Shown here: positions 50,901-64,000 of the stretch, in pieces | How positions within the stretch are numbered: position 1 is the stretch's first letter | How the letters are laid out: every line of letters starts with the position of its first letter | Source: Laetmonice hystrix | Lineage: Eukaryota | Reading direction: 5' to 3' | Length of the DNA: 64,000 bases | NCBI GenBank assembly: GCA_965235115.1 | Contig: OZ249440.1 | Coordinates: 19,592,001 to 19,656,000 of the forward strand | The notes under the pieces: model-generated | Told to the model about the DNA's origin: nothing | Database searches by the model: none | The model's input: only the letters and a program-made list of their open reading frames with translations | Program-made: the position numbers and the translations under genes

Positions 50901-53697
50901 TCATTTCAAATATGTCTCCAAACATCACAACATTACAACCAAAGGGTACAGATCTATAGAGAGCTATTAACTGCATGGAACCACATAGTATGGACATAGT
51001 CTATATACCGTGTGCTTGATGGTCCGTGCTTTGTGTGGAGCCTTTCAGCAGAACCAGCCGATGGAGAACTGCATCAAGAAGCAAGCTGCAAACAGCATCG
51101 TGTTCCTGTCTCATTCACACTGGCTATAGTAATGTATGGGAGCGCCTTGTTCAAAGTGCGAATGCGCGTTCAATATAGAACCCATCTCGAATGTTGGGGA
51201 AGGGGCGAGGATGATCTTGGTGACGTTGAAATGGACTGGCTACATCGATAGAGATCCCTCTCATGCCGGATGTCATTCACGGTTCGGGCCCTTGAAGTTG
51301 AGAGCCACTCGATCGGCGAATACGTCCACACCGTACTACTACTATGAGGCTGCCAATCAAAATCACTTAGCAGAGACCGGAGCCGAGTGCTCATAACGAA
51401 CTCTGCTCGCAAGTCTGTAAATTATAGACACACAACATGTCGGTAAATCATATAGACGCCCACGTCTACTAATAGGGGCAGCCCCCCCCCCCGCCGTCCC
51501 CGCCCTCGTCAGGCCTATAGTTCAGTATACGTTCCCCTGACCTCGAGGCAAATATTTGGTACAGCGGTTGATATTATTCTCACGAGTCTTTATTACTTTC
51601 ACCCGGACAGTTGGAATTGCATAAAGGTAAGAACACAAACTACAAAAAACCTGCCAGGGTATGACGCGTGGATTCAGGATTCCAGGAAAACTAATGACAA
51701 TTAATGGCTCAGTATCTAGCTTCGGCCCTATGTACATGGCGTCTCAGAATAAACCAAATCCTAAAATATCATTTTGTGAGAAAATGATACCCTGCAGATA
51801 TAAGTTACCAAGTGTATCTGCTAACCACACCTCTTTCTAATGCTGTGTCAATATCCTCTATCCCGTCAGAGTTGACCAAATTATTATTGTTTTCCTTCCA
51901 CAACCCAAATTCGCACGATTGAAACACAAGTCTTCACATTATAACGAGAAAAGAGACAACCATTTATCAGGATGTCTCTGATTCTATAGGGAAGATAAAC
52001 TTTCAAACAATCTGTGAGACTAGTATTAGAGTTACATTGTGTGTAGTGCACTGCACCATGCGCGTACGAGGCTCAGTCCAATTTAAACCACCATAACCGG
52101 CATTATGTTCTCTTGTTTTAGTATAGAAGTGCCCTTTTTGCCACAAGAGAGATTGTTTCAGACTCATCATCAGTTCTTTTATTTCGATACAATTACATTC
52201 TGACACGCAACCATCCAGTCTTCAGTATTTCATGCAAGCTATAGACCTCTAGATGTCGAAGAGTAACTACATGTATCCGAACTGCGATCACCCCAGACTA
52301 TAGGACGGGGTTATGTGGACCATTGATGGCCCCTTACATCATCGCTTATTGCAACAGAGCTCCACGATGGTCCATTCAATTTGGTTCATTCTAGTCCCCA
52401 TCAGAATGACAAGGAGGAAGGCCAGTATAACTGACACAGGTCAGAAAACGGCACATTACTCTGCGCAAGAATGCGTCAGACAAGCTTATTGATAAGTTAA
52501 GGACAAAAAAAGAGAGAAAGATTAAGGTATGAATTACATATCAAAGAATCATTGTGTATAGGGTATATGTCAGTAATTACTGTGTAAACGAGTCGTACTA
52601 TGCACAGTTATTACGAGATATCTTATTGGCGATTGGTAGCAACAGTGTTCCTGGTGGCATGGCATGGTGCCCTATCATGTTCCATATTAAACCTTTCAGG
52701 AGTAATGGCTCCAGGTTAACTGTCCGACACGGAGACAATAGGCAGGGCAACATTTGAATAGGACATCGGGAAATTGAGGGCGATCATTTCGATCCTTCCG
52801 CAGTCTGTTACAAAACAGGTCACGTAACCTAAACCAACCCCCTGGCGACCTTAAGCTTCCCTTTTATAGGAACCGGGGAATTTGTCGTCGGCTTGTTTGG
52901 CCTATTCAGCAGATGCGGATGTTTTACTGAAGATTTTCTAGATGCATTCAAACGACCATTTCCTGATGAATTACTCGGCCCAGATAAAAATACTAGTACA
53001 GTCTAAAGTTCCGACCGGGTATATATTTCACACCCCATGGTTCTATATGGTTCTCCAGTGCGAGAATACATGAGTCATCTCTGAAAGAAGGTTAAAATGC
53101 ACCCTTAATAACATTCTTTACAGATTTAATTTTGTTTAATTGTGCAGACCCATGTAACGTCAGCTATATAACGTATTGAAAGGAGTCAGCAGACGTAATT
53201 ATGGAAGTGGGAACTAGAATGGTGAGATTCTGTGGAAGATTGGATCCCCGAGGGGGCCTGTAAGAGAACATATAGACGGGTTTTAATCTGCTGTTTCATC
53301 TCTATTAATATTGACGCGCTCTTTGGGGAATTGCACAAAGATATAAGAAATATCATGGCAGACGCATTGATATTTATAGGGTTTTTCTGATTTCATATAC
53401 TTCGTCTGGTACTGCTGCCGTGAGCTGTTCATTTTAATGATAGCCTCATGACAATTACGGGGGAGGAGGGGGGATTGGACCAAAAGTGTTCCCTGACTGA
53501 CTGCCGTCTGCAGGAATTTCTCATGAAGACGGCCTTTAGGTCGGACATAATGTCATTCTCATGATTGTTCGTTCCAAGGATCGTGGATCCGGGCAGAGGT
53601 CAATGCTTGTTCACTAATCGTTCTCGTCGATCAAAAAAAATATACGATGTATTATTATCCGGTTTACTCTGGCTTCAATCACGGCTTCAATCGCAAA

Positions 53698-54052
53698 AGT
53701 CTGATCAGTCATTGTCACCAGGACGGCCAGAAGTTGGAATCTCCAGGCACCAGTTACATCCTGCAATAGTCTGATCAGTCATTGTCACCAGGACGGCCAG
53801 AAGTTGTTGGAATCTCCAGGCACCAGTTACATCCTGCAATAGTCTGATCAGTCATTGTCACACAGGACGGCCAGAAGTTGGAATCTCCAGGCACCAGTTA
53901 CATCCTGCAATAGTCTGATCAGTCATTGTCACCAGGACGGCCAGAAGTTTGTTGGAATCTCCAGGCACCAGTTACATCCTGCAATAGTCTGATCAGTCAT
54001 TGTCACACAGGACGGCCAGAAGTTCGAATCTCCAGGCACAGTTACATCCTGC
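53698..54052 (+). repeat. ~70-bp tandem repeat, 5 copies
   Basis: agtctgatcagtcattgtcaccaggacggccagaagttggaatctccaggcaccagttacatcctgcaat; starts 53698, 53768, ... Confidence 0.95.
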
Positions 54053-54327
54053 TTCCCCTCAGAAATCAGACAGGGGTAGTTCGTTACCCCCTTACCCTGT
54101 CGGTGCCACTGACTGTCAGACATACAGCAGCCCGCAGATCCAGATTCAGAATCCTAGTGTTTCCAACCCTCATTCCGTGATCGTTGTACCACATAAGTCC
54201 GGACGTTCGTGTGGTCCATGTGTCGTTGAGCGATCCCACTCGTGTGTCGGTGACCTGTGAATCCACCGAAGACGTTCCCTCAGGGTGACAGGGGTTGGCC
54301 GTCAATTCCCGTCCGGCGCCACCGTCT

Positions 54328-55360
54328 TCTTGGGGCAGCTCCTCGTCCACCCCCCCAAGTTCCACGTGTTTCTTGGGGCAGCTGCTCGTCCACCCCCTCC
54401 AGTTCCACGTGTTTCTTGGGGCAGCTGCTCGTCCACCCCCTCCAGTTCCACGTGTTTCTTGGGGCAGCTCCTCGTCCACCCCCTCCAGTTCCACGTGTTT
54501 CTTGGGGCAGCTCCTCGTCCACCCCCCCAAGTTCCACGTGTTTCTTGGGGCAGCTGCTCGTCCACCCCCTCCAGTTCCACGTGTTTCTTGGGGCAGCTCC
54601 TCGTCCACCCCCTCCAGTTCCACGTGTTTCTTGGGGCAGCTCCTCGTCCACCCCCTCCAGTTCCACGTGTTTCTTGGGGCAGCTCCTCGTCCACCCCCCC
54701 AAGTTCCACGTGTTTCTTGGGGCAGCTGCTCGTCCACCCCCTCCAGTTCCACGTGTTTCTTGGGGCAGCTCCTCGTCCACCCCCTCCAGTTCCACGTGTT
54801 TCTTGGGGCAGCTCCTCGTCCACCCCCTCCAGTTCCACGTGTTTCTTGGGGCAGCTCCTCGTCCACCCCCTCCAGTTCCACGTGTTTCTTGGGGCAGCAC
54901 CTTGTCCACCCCCTCCAGTTCCACGTGTTTCTTGGGGCAGCTCCTCGTCCACCCCCCCAAGTTCCACGTGTTTCTTGGGGCAGCTGCTCGTCCACCCCCT
55001 CCAGTTCCACGTGTTTCTTGGGGCAGCTGCTCGTCCACCCCCTCCAGTTCCACGTGTTTCTTGGGGCAGCTCCTCGTCCACCCCCTCCAGTTCCACGTGT
55101 TTCTTGGGGCAGCTCCTCGTCCACCCCCTCCAGTTCCACGTGTTTCTTGGGGCAGCACCTTGTCCACCCCCTCCAGTTCCACGTGTTTCTTGGGGCAGCT
55201 CCTCGTCCACCCCCTCCAGTTCCACGTGTTTCTTGGGGCAGCTCCTCGTCCACCCCCTCCAGTTCCACGTGTTTCTTGGGGCAGCTCCTCGTCCACCCCC
55301 TCCAGTTCCACGTGTTTCTTGGGGCAGCTCCTCGTCCACCCCCTCCAGTTCCACGTGTTT
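54328..55360 (+). repeat. 43-bp GC-rich minisatellite, ~24 copies
   Basis: tcttggggcagctcctcgtccaccccctccagttccacgtgtt; period 43; source of six overlapping 350-418 aa ORFs. Confidence 0.97.
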
Positions 55361-57238
55361 CGTGGGAGGTTAAGGTCCCTACATGTGGGCTCTCGCAGAA
55401 TCAAAGGGTTGTACCCCACTGTCGCCTCTGTGTGAGAACAGACGTTATCTGTGCCACCTGTTGTCCACAGAGATGGCAATTATTAACATTTCAGACGGCC
55501 AAGGCCCCAGCCACCAGAGGGCAATGTGAGCGGGTCGGCCTGGGGAAGTAGCTGACTCAAGATGACCAGTGGGTATAAATGCGCACTGAAAGATCAGATT
55601 TTAAAAGGGCAATGTTCATTCTCCCGATTATTGTAACAACCTGTTTACATATCGGATTTCCAAATAATTTATTGCTGAGCATTTTCTCTCTATGTGTATA
55701 GTACTATGCGTAGCAAGAGTGACCCCCACTCTTGTGGTTCCAAGTGAGATTTCCTCTATGACCTATGGCATTGGATCTATCATACTAATGTGTCTCTATT
55801 TTCACAATACACGGAGGAAAATTGGAGAAAAGTAGCTAGAGACCTCATGCACAATCCAGCGAAAAAATGGGTAGGGTTTATTTGATTGGCCAGAAACGAT
55901 TCAGACTGAACTCGTTTAGTAGACCTAAAAGCAATAATCTTCCGGGTAGGGCGCAGCGTTTGTGGTGGTGTTGGACATGCAGCTTGTTGTGAGGCGGATG
56001 GCAGAGGAGCTTGGCTCACTGAAGTAAACGTTAAGTGCTTATCAAAATTCTTGTCCACTCCTGTTTGGCAAGAAATTTGCAGAAAACCAACCCATTCCAC
56101 TAAAATGCTCCCATCAAAGAAAAAGAAAACACAAATAAATGACATCTCAAGAGGCCCATAGGCGTCGGGAGAACCATATGCATTCACCATACGGTAGTTG
56201 ATTGGCCCACGGCAGCCAGGAAGGTCCCCTGAATTACCATTTTTTTCACTCAAAATCCGCCAATCTGAAGAACCAATTAAGTAGTTCTCGGAAGGTGATT
56301 TTCTCAATCAGTCTGATTCCATCAAGGGAGGTACCCCACGGTCATATGACGGTGGTGTTTGGGGCGGTTATAATCTGAGGCTGGGGAAGGAAACAGACGG
56401 CGGGACGAGGCTGACTGGAAGGCGATCACCAGGAACAGCCAGTCAAGCTATGACGGATCATTACGTCGGCAAATCCGAAGACTCGCCAGGCGCGCACAGC
56501 ACGCCGGGATCAATCAACGTAGCGTTAGATTACCAATGATCGGAACGGATATGGAGTCATCTGTAAAGGCAGTACGTCCGACTAAGATTTTCTTTAAGTA
56601 TTCAAGGCTGGCATCAAAGTATGAACGTACCGTAGCGTGGATCTGACGGCATCGATATAACCATTCACTAGAAAGAAAGAACACAAGTCCGAGATAGAAC
56701 CACCGTCAACATGACTTCTAAGATCTCGGTTGAACAATGACTGCCAGAAAATAGAATATTCGAAGCGGATGATAGAATCTCATCTCGCTGGATTTCCTCT
56801 CAAAACACAGCTCGGCTGAGCATTCGAACTGTTACTTTTATTTATTTATATTCAAGATTAATTCGTACATGTATATGCTGTCGAGCGCTTGAAAGTGTAT
56901 ACGAGACGTATGTCTAGACTGGCTCAACGTTCTTCCTTGACCCGACAGAAAAATAGGGGTATTGATCATGGGTGAACTGATACGTCAATAACGAGAGACT
57001 GACGGATGGGCTAAACACAGCGGGCAGTTCAATAAACCAGTGACGTTTGCATTTATCAACGTCAACTACCATCTGACGCCGTTTGAAAGGCACGCAATAA
57101 TGTACGCAAGCTTACTTTGCCAGTCGCTCCGACCTTGTCATATATGTCATTCTGCCTGTTCGCAAATATAAATGGCAAAAACATTATTATTTCAAACGAT
57201 TGACTATGTCTCCTACATATTTAAACTGGTGTATATAA

Positions 57239-57717
57239 AGCCCCGAATCCACTATGCGATTTCTGCTTGCGACACCAGTCGCAAGCCTTGCAACACCAAT
57301 CGCAAGGCTTGCAATTGGTATCCCAAGCATCAGTCGCAAATCGGGTTCCCTTGTTGCAAGCCTTGCAAGAATTGAGTCGCATGGCTTGCGATAATATCAA
57401 ACATGTTTGATATTTCCCCCTCTTGTCGCAAGGCTTGCGACCAACGCCAGACTCGTCGCCAGGCAATGACCAATCAGATGGCGAGCAATGATATCATGTG
57501 ACCAAAATACGTCCGTACGTAGGCCTAGCATAATGACGCAATAAAGGGCTTTCAGTTGCAAAGCCTGGGACGCTGATAGCAAGAATTGGTCGCAAAGTGG
57601 GTTCGGGTCCCTGAGTCGCAAGGCTTGCGACAGGTTCGTCGCAAGCCTTGCGACGAGCTGCGTCGCCATGCTTGCAACTGGTGTCGCAAGCAGAAATCGC
57701 ATAGTGGGTTCAGGGCT
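57239..57717. mobile_element. PIF/Harbinger-like MITE (~480 bp) with internal GCAAG(G/C)CTTGC palindromes
   Basis: ~48-bp imperfect TIRs agccccgaatccactatgcgatttctgcttgcgacaccagt; related to the TIR of 63164-63374. Confidence 0.8.
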
Positions 57718-58928
57718 AGTATCGTATCTCGCTTTCAGTACTGGCGGAAACATTCCTGCTCAAAGCTTATAACCATTGAATGGGGCGAAGTCCCACAATC
57801 TAGAATCTAGGATTTTAGGAGGGAGAGTCACAATTAGGAATCTGGAAAAGCAACTGTCGGCAACTTACTGGTGTATGTGCCTCCCACGGAGAAAACCTGT
57901 GGTGTATTTATATCGTCTTTATAAGTTTAGCGTGTACAAACTACATCTGTAGAGATTGAAGCAGCTCATTATTGTCCTGTTGATATAGTGGCGTCTTCGT
58001 ACGAAGATGATTCGTTGCGATCATTATTCTTGTGGGAACCTTAATTGAAATACATTACCAGAGAGTTACCCACCCTGGATTAATGGCCGGTCCATTATAC
58101 TCCCCCGCAGTTATTAATGACACATTTCTCAAGAAAGTAACTTGACTAGTTACTTTGATGCGGAACTCTTCCAGACCACTGTAGCAAGAAATGTGTTGTT
58201 TGAACGGAGGAAGGGGTGGCGTAGGAGTGACTGGTATCTAATATTATTCATTAATTCCTGCTGGTCTAAAAGGCCTACTTCCAGTTGTTTTGACAATGTT
58301 TTCGCGTGAAAGCTCCATTCTGATTTAATGTCTAATAATTATTTAATTAATGGAAATTGTCCAAATGCACATTGTTATCGTGACCCCCCCCCCCCTTTCC
58401 CTCCATAACAAAAACACGCTCTTTTGTCGTGAAGCGACGATTCCCACTCTTTTAACCGTTCAGCAGGGGGTCCTCGTAGTTCCAAAAATCGCCGTCGGAG
58501 GTCGCTCTTGCGAGTCTCATCTAATTCTACTCGACATTCCTCTCTAGGTGGCGCCAGAGATTCTGTTTGTTACGCCGCCTATTGGGAGCTTCGAGAGGGT
58601 TGGCTGGGATACCCTGATAGGGCGCGTTATGATTTAAACAGTGCGGCCTAAATCCAGGCTGATCGAAACACACCCGCAGTGACGTCACCATGCAGGCCCG
58701 TAGGCTAGGGCGGGGGGGGGGGGGTGTTACTTGCGTTACTACCTACCCGCAGAGCCAACCAAGGTCCGCCTAGTCAAGATAAAAAGGTCTACCCTGGGGC
58801 GCGGGACCACCCGGACAAAGATAATTATGCCACCGCCTATACTGATGTATGTTTTTTAGGCCTCCAATTTCTCATTTCTTTCTGGGGGAGCATGGCCCGG
58901 GCCCCAGATGCAGACCCCCCTACCACGC

Positions 58929-61660
58929 CAGGGCCGTAGCCTGGGAGGGGGCAGGGGCAGCTACCCCCTAGGATTTCCAGTTTAAAAAATATTATTGGGC
59001 CTATAGATCCCCAGTATTGACCCTGATATTGACACCTGGTACTTACTCAGGAGGCACTGCCCCCTGCGTATTTGGGCCCAACCACGGCCCCACTCACACA
59101 TTATACTGAGAACGCCAAGCGGTTACCATGACAGCACGATTCGTTCGGACAACGTGATAGTTGACACACTCACTCCCGCCGGGTTGAAAACAGCTTCAAC
59201 AAAAGGAACACTTTACTACATGTAAAGTGTTTTTGGTTGTCTCAGACCGTGCGAGATCATGGGAGGTAGTTGATATATCGATACACTGAGGGATGGCCTG
59301 GTCCCCAGCTCTATATTGACTTCGTATAGAGCCTGGTGAAGGCCAATCGAAGCAAGCGTTGTGATTTGCCAATCGAAAACATGGACGCAAACGAGGTATA
59401 GTTCCGTACCCTCCGTATTTCTCCAACAAGATACAAATATATTCGTCTATCACTTTAAAATACAAGTGTTAAATGTGCTAACTTTTCTGGATGTAAACAT
59501 AGCGTCACCAGTCCCCACACCTGCTACGGTCTGCATACGCATGGGCATTTTGGCCACTCCCGGCCACGCTCCAAGCAGAAGTCAATCACTCTGTTAACGC
59601 TGACCAACGGAACGGAGGCGGAAGTGATTAGCTCCGAGGCGGAAGTGCTTGGAGCTAACCACTTCCGTTTTACAGCTTTCTGTTAGCCATCCACCTGGCC
59701 TAACATAGCGGATGCGTATGGTAGGCACAGGGGACCAGGCTACACTGAGGGACAGTCAGAGGCTCGTCATTATATAGGCCTACTAAAACCTTCAGCATGC
59801 CGGTTGATGGCGGGCGTTAAGTGAGGATGGACAGGACATATATCTATATCTTTTAGACAAATTCGCCGTCATATCTTTGTCAGGCATCTCACCTGGCCTG
59901 TGTAAACTTTCGCTTCTCTCCGTGGAAGGATCCACTGACCGTACCCCCGCCACGCCGCCACCCACAAATCAACATAGGCCTACTTTAATGGAACTCCTTT
60001 CATTTCCAACCGTTTGGCTAATTCTATTGGGCAATAAATGGGCACGAGTGGTTGTTTTCTATTGACCTTCCGTGTGAAGTCCAGTTTTACCGTGGCCACC
60101 GAGAGTCTGGTGTTCAGCTGGGGCAAGCTATAGGAACACCTTCTAAAAGCATTGTCTTCTGCAGCCGGTCTGTAAAAGATCGATTAAGAATTATGGCGTT
60201 TTGTAAAAAGGTTAGGTGATCCTTTCTTTTGTGGGATTTAGTAGGGCTGAAACGATACACTTGTGCCACGATACGATACGTAGCACGATACAACAAACGA
60301 TACGATATATCTCACGATAGTTTTCAAGTTATACTTGATTTATGCTTAGACAGAGAATCGGGAATCAGAAGATTGGGTCAAAATACTCTGTGTATTGTGA
60401 GCTATTCCAGCGACCGATTGCACCTGAGATGATCACGGACGAATCAAGTTCTGGGACTAGACTGTCTCAGGACACTTTGTATTATCACTTGTATCGAGCT
60501 GAGAGTAGCTAAAAATTGAGAGTACCTAAAAAAGGGGAACTGATCCTAGAGACTTGGTCCAAGTCCTACCGTACCGATAACCCATTGAGAGACAACTGAT
60601 TTGGAACCTTGCCGCAGATTGAGCCCACTCACGGGGTATGGGTTCTATTGTTAGATCCCTTTAGGAGAGTTGTGTCCACCTATCGCCGAGTTATACCCTC
60701 ACCTCTCCAGGTGGACACACCAACCGAGCCGAACTCTTCGTACTGTCAGGTTTTCAACAGCGTCTGTTTCCAGACTACGACCGAACGGGGAGACCGGCGC
60801 CTCGCGTTCCCAACATTGCTACAGTGGTGGTAATTGCTTTATATATCCCCGTCCAGATCGAGGACCACAGTAAGGGTGTGCACATATACTCAACGTTATG
60901 CTAGGATAAAAACAGAATTCCGGCAAAATTAAAAGTATTCAAGTACTACATGTCTTAGGTAAAGATTAAACCCAAATTTTGATAGACATTTTACGTCTGT
61001 AAAATTTATTTTGGTGAACATAAACCTATATTTTGAAAACCACTCAGCAAAATTGGGACGTGAGCGCCCTCTACACATTGCAGTCACGTGTGCATGTCTT
61101 GATATCTATTTGGTATGCAAGTACGAGTGCCAGTCGCAGGGATAGACTATTGTTAGACGCTCTTTTGTTAGGTCTTTTGCTTTGCGACTCACTGACGTGT
61201 GAAAAAGTGTAAGTAGCCTAGCTTTGCCTGCATGAACCATCGAGCACTGTCGATCTATACGTATCTTTTGCCATCAGGTGTGCAGTTAGCTTTTAGGAAA
61301 GAATGTGCGCAATGGAATGCCTGCAACCACCGGAGCTGCAAAGCTCTGCTACGTGGCCGGGTACATACTCCCCACAGACAGAAAAAATGAAAGAAAAGTT
61401 CATTTCCCTACATTCTGAGAACACAAACGTAAAATTTCCTGGTATCGAACTATCACATAGGGCCCTGATACATTCATAATGTCAGGGCCGTAGCCTGCAG
61501 GGGGAGGGCAAGGGGGGAAACTGCCCCCTGGGATTTCCAGTTGTTGTGACCCAGACCCCAACTCGACCGGCGCAATGACGCGCTATCACGCGGTAGGCCT
61601 ATCTGTTTAATGTTAATGGGACACTGCCCCCTGGAATTTTTTGGGCAGGCTACGGCCCTG
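58929..61660. mobile_element. Inner composite CAG-ended element with 5-bp TSD (CACGC)
   Basis: 15-bp TIR cagggccgtagcctg at 58929 and its reverse complement ending 61660; CACGC on both flanks; a second left end at 61483 has no TSD of its own. Confidence 0.8.
60240..60320 (+). mobile_element. Solo hAT(Ac)-like left end
   Basis: TAGGGCTGAAACGATAC followed by several ACGATA subterminal repeats; no matching right end found. Confidence 0.4.
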
Positions 61661-63163
61661 CACGCCCATATTCAATATGACCTGACTAGGGGCAGAACTA
61701 CACTGTTATCTCAGAAGGGGCGAGAACAACCCGCAGGGGGGGGGGGATTGGGTGTTTCCAATGAAGGGAGCCCTCACCCCAAAAAGTACTGTCAAGCGAA
61801 GGGGGAAAAGGGGCCCTTAGCCATTAACCAAGTTCCCTGCTTCTTGCATTTGCAGATTATATCTAAAATCCGGTTGGGATATCAGGTCAGTCATGGGCCC
61901 AACTCAAACCTTTTTGGCCGCCATGGAGGGCAGCCACACCCCAGCCCCCATGCTATTTCCGCTACTGGACCTGACTCATGAAATCTGTAAGGCAGATTTT
62001 GGGTTGGAATATGATATAATCAGGTAGGGTAATCATCTGCCAAAAATTGAAAGAGTTTCTTTGTAGGCCTATAATGTGCCTCAGTAATTGCTCTACGAAT
62101 TCTGAAATATGGCCAAATTCCCCTCAGAATGCACCATTTCACTCCTAGTTTTATTTTTTTCTGGGGAGCATGCCCCCGGACCCCATACAAATGCGTCGTG
62201 CCTACGGCGCTCCCTACAGTGGCTTTGCCGCTGCATTTCACATTCTCAAACATTGGCCCCACTGGTATTGGAAACCAGTTTCAATATCCGTGGTCAAGAA
62301 ACAGCCTCTGCGTCCACCCCTGCAAATTTATGGAACTCATTTCGCTATAAGTAACCTACCCATTTTCAGACCAGCCTACGGGCCTGCCATGGGGACACTA
62401 AGTAAACATGCACACATGAATAGTATCTCTAAAACTGACAGAATCCTTCATAAATTGAATTACATTATGTCCCTCAACTTGCCCTGGATTGAATTGAAAG
62501 ACCTCATTCATCAAACCTACGAACTACCACATAATTTTCAGGATGCCTTTGAACGACACTCAATAAATCCACTGCCGGGGGTTTGTAGTCATTTTGTGGT
62601 TCGTGTAGATTGTGTAAAATGTAGGCGAAAACAAACTAATTTCATACTCGAAGATTTGCGACCGGTCGGCACAAACCTGTGTGCCTGCAAACCTGTGTCC
62701 CTTTCAATGTATTTTCCGCGGAGGCCACAAAGAAGTGCGAAATTATCGACGACGGTGGACTCTGAAATCTTGCTCGCGTTGACGTTAGATAGTTGGCAAC
62801 GTCTTGGGCCATATCACACAAACAACCCTCGACCTTGACCTAATGTCACTGTCGTCTGCTTCTAGCTTGTCAGACAGTGGCAAACTCTATTATCAGCGGC
62901 TCGACGAGAACACGTGCCAACTCAAATATCTTATCGAGTCGCCCTCTATCGTCAACTGTGTAGTTCCGGCGGCGGCCGCCCGGGGGACAAGGTTTGATCC
63001 AACAACGTATAACCATAGATGTACACATCTATGGTATAACAAAGTCTTTTTTCAAACTTAATTAATGAAAAAGTTCAAAGGGGGCGTACTAAAAGCAGTT
63101 ATAGAGTATCTCTCATTTCAATGACTCCATAATGAACGAGCTGTAAGGTTAGACCAGGCCTTA

Positions 63164-63374
63164 AGTGCTGAACCCACCAAGGCGATTCCCCTTGCGACAC
63201 CCATGCGATTTTGACATCACCCTTTTATTTTACTGTAATTTTGACATTAAAGGATGGAACCCATTTCCTGAAACGGAGGAGGCCAGCCAGGAAAAATTTC
63301 AGAGTGAAATTCCACCATTAAATCAAAAACCGCATGGCCGTCGCAAGGGGAATCGCCTTGGTGGGTTCAGCACT
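63164..63374. mobile_element. PIF/Harbinger MITE (211 bp), TTA TSD
   Basis: 35-bp perfect TIRs agtgctgaacccaccaaggcgattccccttgcgac; TTA on both sides. Confidence 0.92.
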
Positions 63375-63549
63375 TTAGACTACATTAATCAACAAGACTT
63401 CCAGATTGCAGGCAATCAGGTATCCCGTTCCTCCATGGATGTATCTAGAAAGGCTCTGTAGGGCATGAAAGAAAATCAACCATGACAGTAATGAACGTCG
63501 GGTAGCCTACCAACAGACCACTAAGCCACCTGTAGTATTAGAGTTGTCA

Positions 63550-63618
63550 TGCGTGGGATTTGAACCCCAGACCCTTGGCCTGTGAAATTCCTACACTCTA
63601 CCACTGCACCATCCATGC
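63550..63618 (-). mobile_element. tRNA-derived SINE head / tRNA pseudogene
   Basis: TGGTGCAGTGG (A box) and GGTTCAAATCC (B box); the anticodon stem does not pair. Confidence 0.6.
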
Positions 63619-63714
63619 GCACACATAATTTGTAGAGTCTTGCTGTAAATGAATGGCCATAACCGTAGTATAGTACACAACGATCAATTACGTCATACCA
63701 GGGTGAAGTCATAA

Positions 63715-63815
63715 AGGTTGCCTAGTGGAAGAAACCAGAAGTCGAATATATAAAAAATAGAAAAGAACAGAAAACCTCTGGCATGAAGAGCTTACACTCT
63801 ACCAATGAGCCATCA
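63715..63815 (-). mobile_element. tRNA-derived SINE fragment, same family as the split SINE at 12700-14293
   Basis: gatggctcattggtagagtgtaagctcttcatgccagagg (B box deleted) followed by the T-rich body and ctaggcaac. Confidence 0.65.
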
Positions 63816-64000
63816 ATGCACACACATAACGACACGTAAACAGATGTTTGCTCATGACACCTTGGACCATCGCCTCACACCACAGCAGTCCGGCTTCCAT
63901 CCCCGGACAGGGCTGCATTTGTGAAAAGTTTTTCAGTTAGTTCCTTCCGAAGGCAAGGCGTAAAACCCCAACTCTGGCGTTAAATGGAAATAGCTAGTAA

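Larger units (their letters stand above)
58693..62386. mobile_element. Outer CAG-ended element with 5-bp TSD (CCATG)
   Basis: 14-bp TIR caggcccgtaggct / agcctacgggcctg; CCATG directly flanks both ends. Confidence 0.75.

Noticed and set aside
63550-63618. Functional tRNA gene
   Set aside because: The anticodon stem does not pair and the acceptor stem has mismatches; SINE-like context.

Overview
Repeat-dense eukaryotic (most likely invertebrate animal) genomic DNA with no recognisable host gene, no rRNA, no CRISPR array and no prokaryotic features. Almost all short ORFs in the supplied track are spurious or come from tandem arrays. The only intact coding unit is a DIRS/Ngaro-type tyrosine-recombinase (YR) retrotransposon on the minus strand: gag (2781->1531) and an uninterrupted RT ORF (1585->off the window start) that the ORF track misses. 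Next to it is a 5.9-kb element with split direct repeats (A1-B1-A2-B2, 5343-11272), apparently identical repeats and no coding capacity, filled with tandem arrays; it is the most unusual object here. The rest is a patchwork: decayed LINEs (CR1/L2-group, CRE-like), tRNA-derived SINEs, a dead Tc1 with a tandem expansion inside its HTH, a Harbinger with a split transposase, several MITEs, a TG...CA fold-back element with internal hairpins, nested 5-bp-TSD elements carrying 2.5 kb of cargo, and many minisatellites. All alignments and translations were done by eye; boundaries of decayed elements are approximate.
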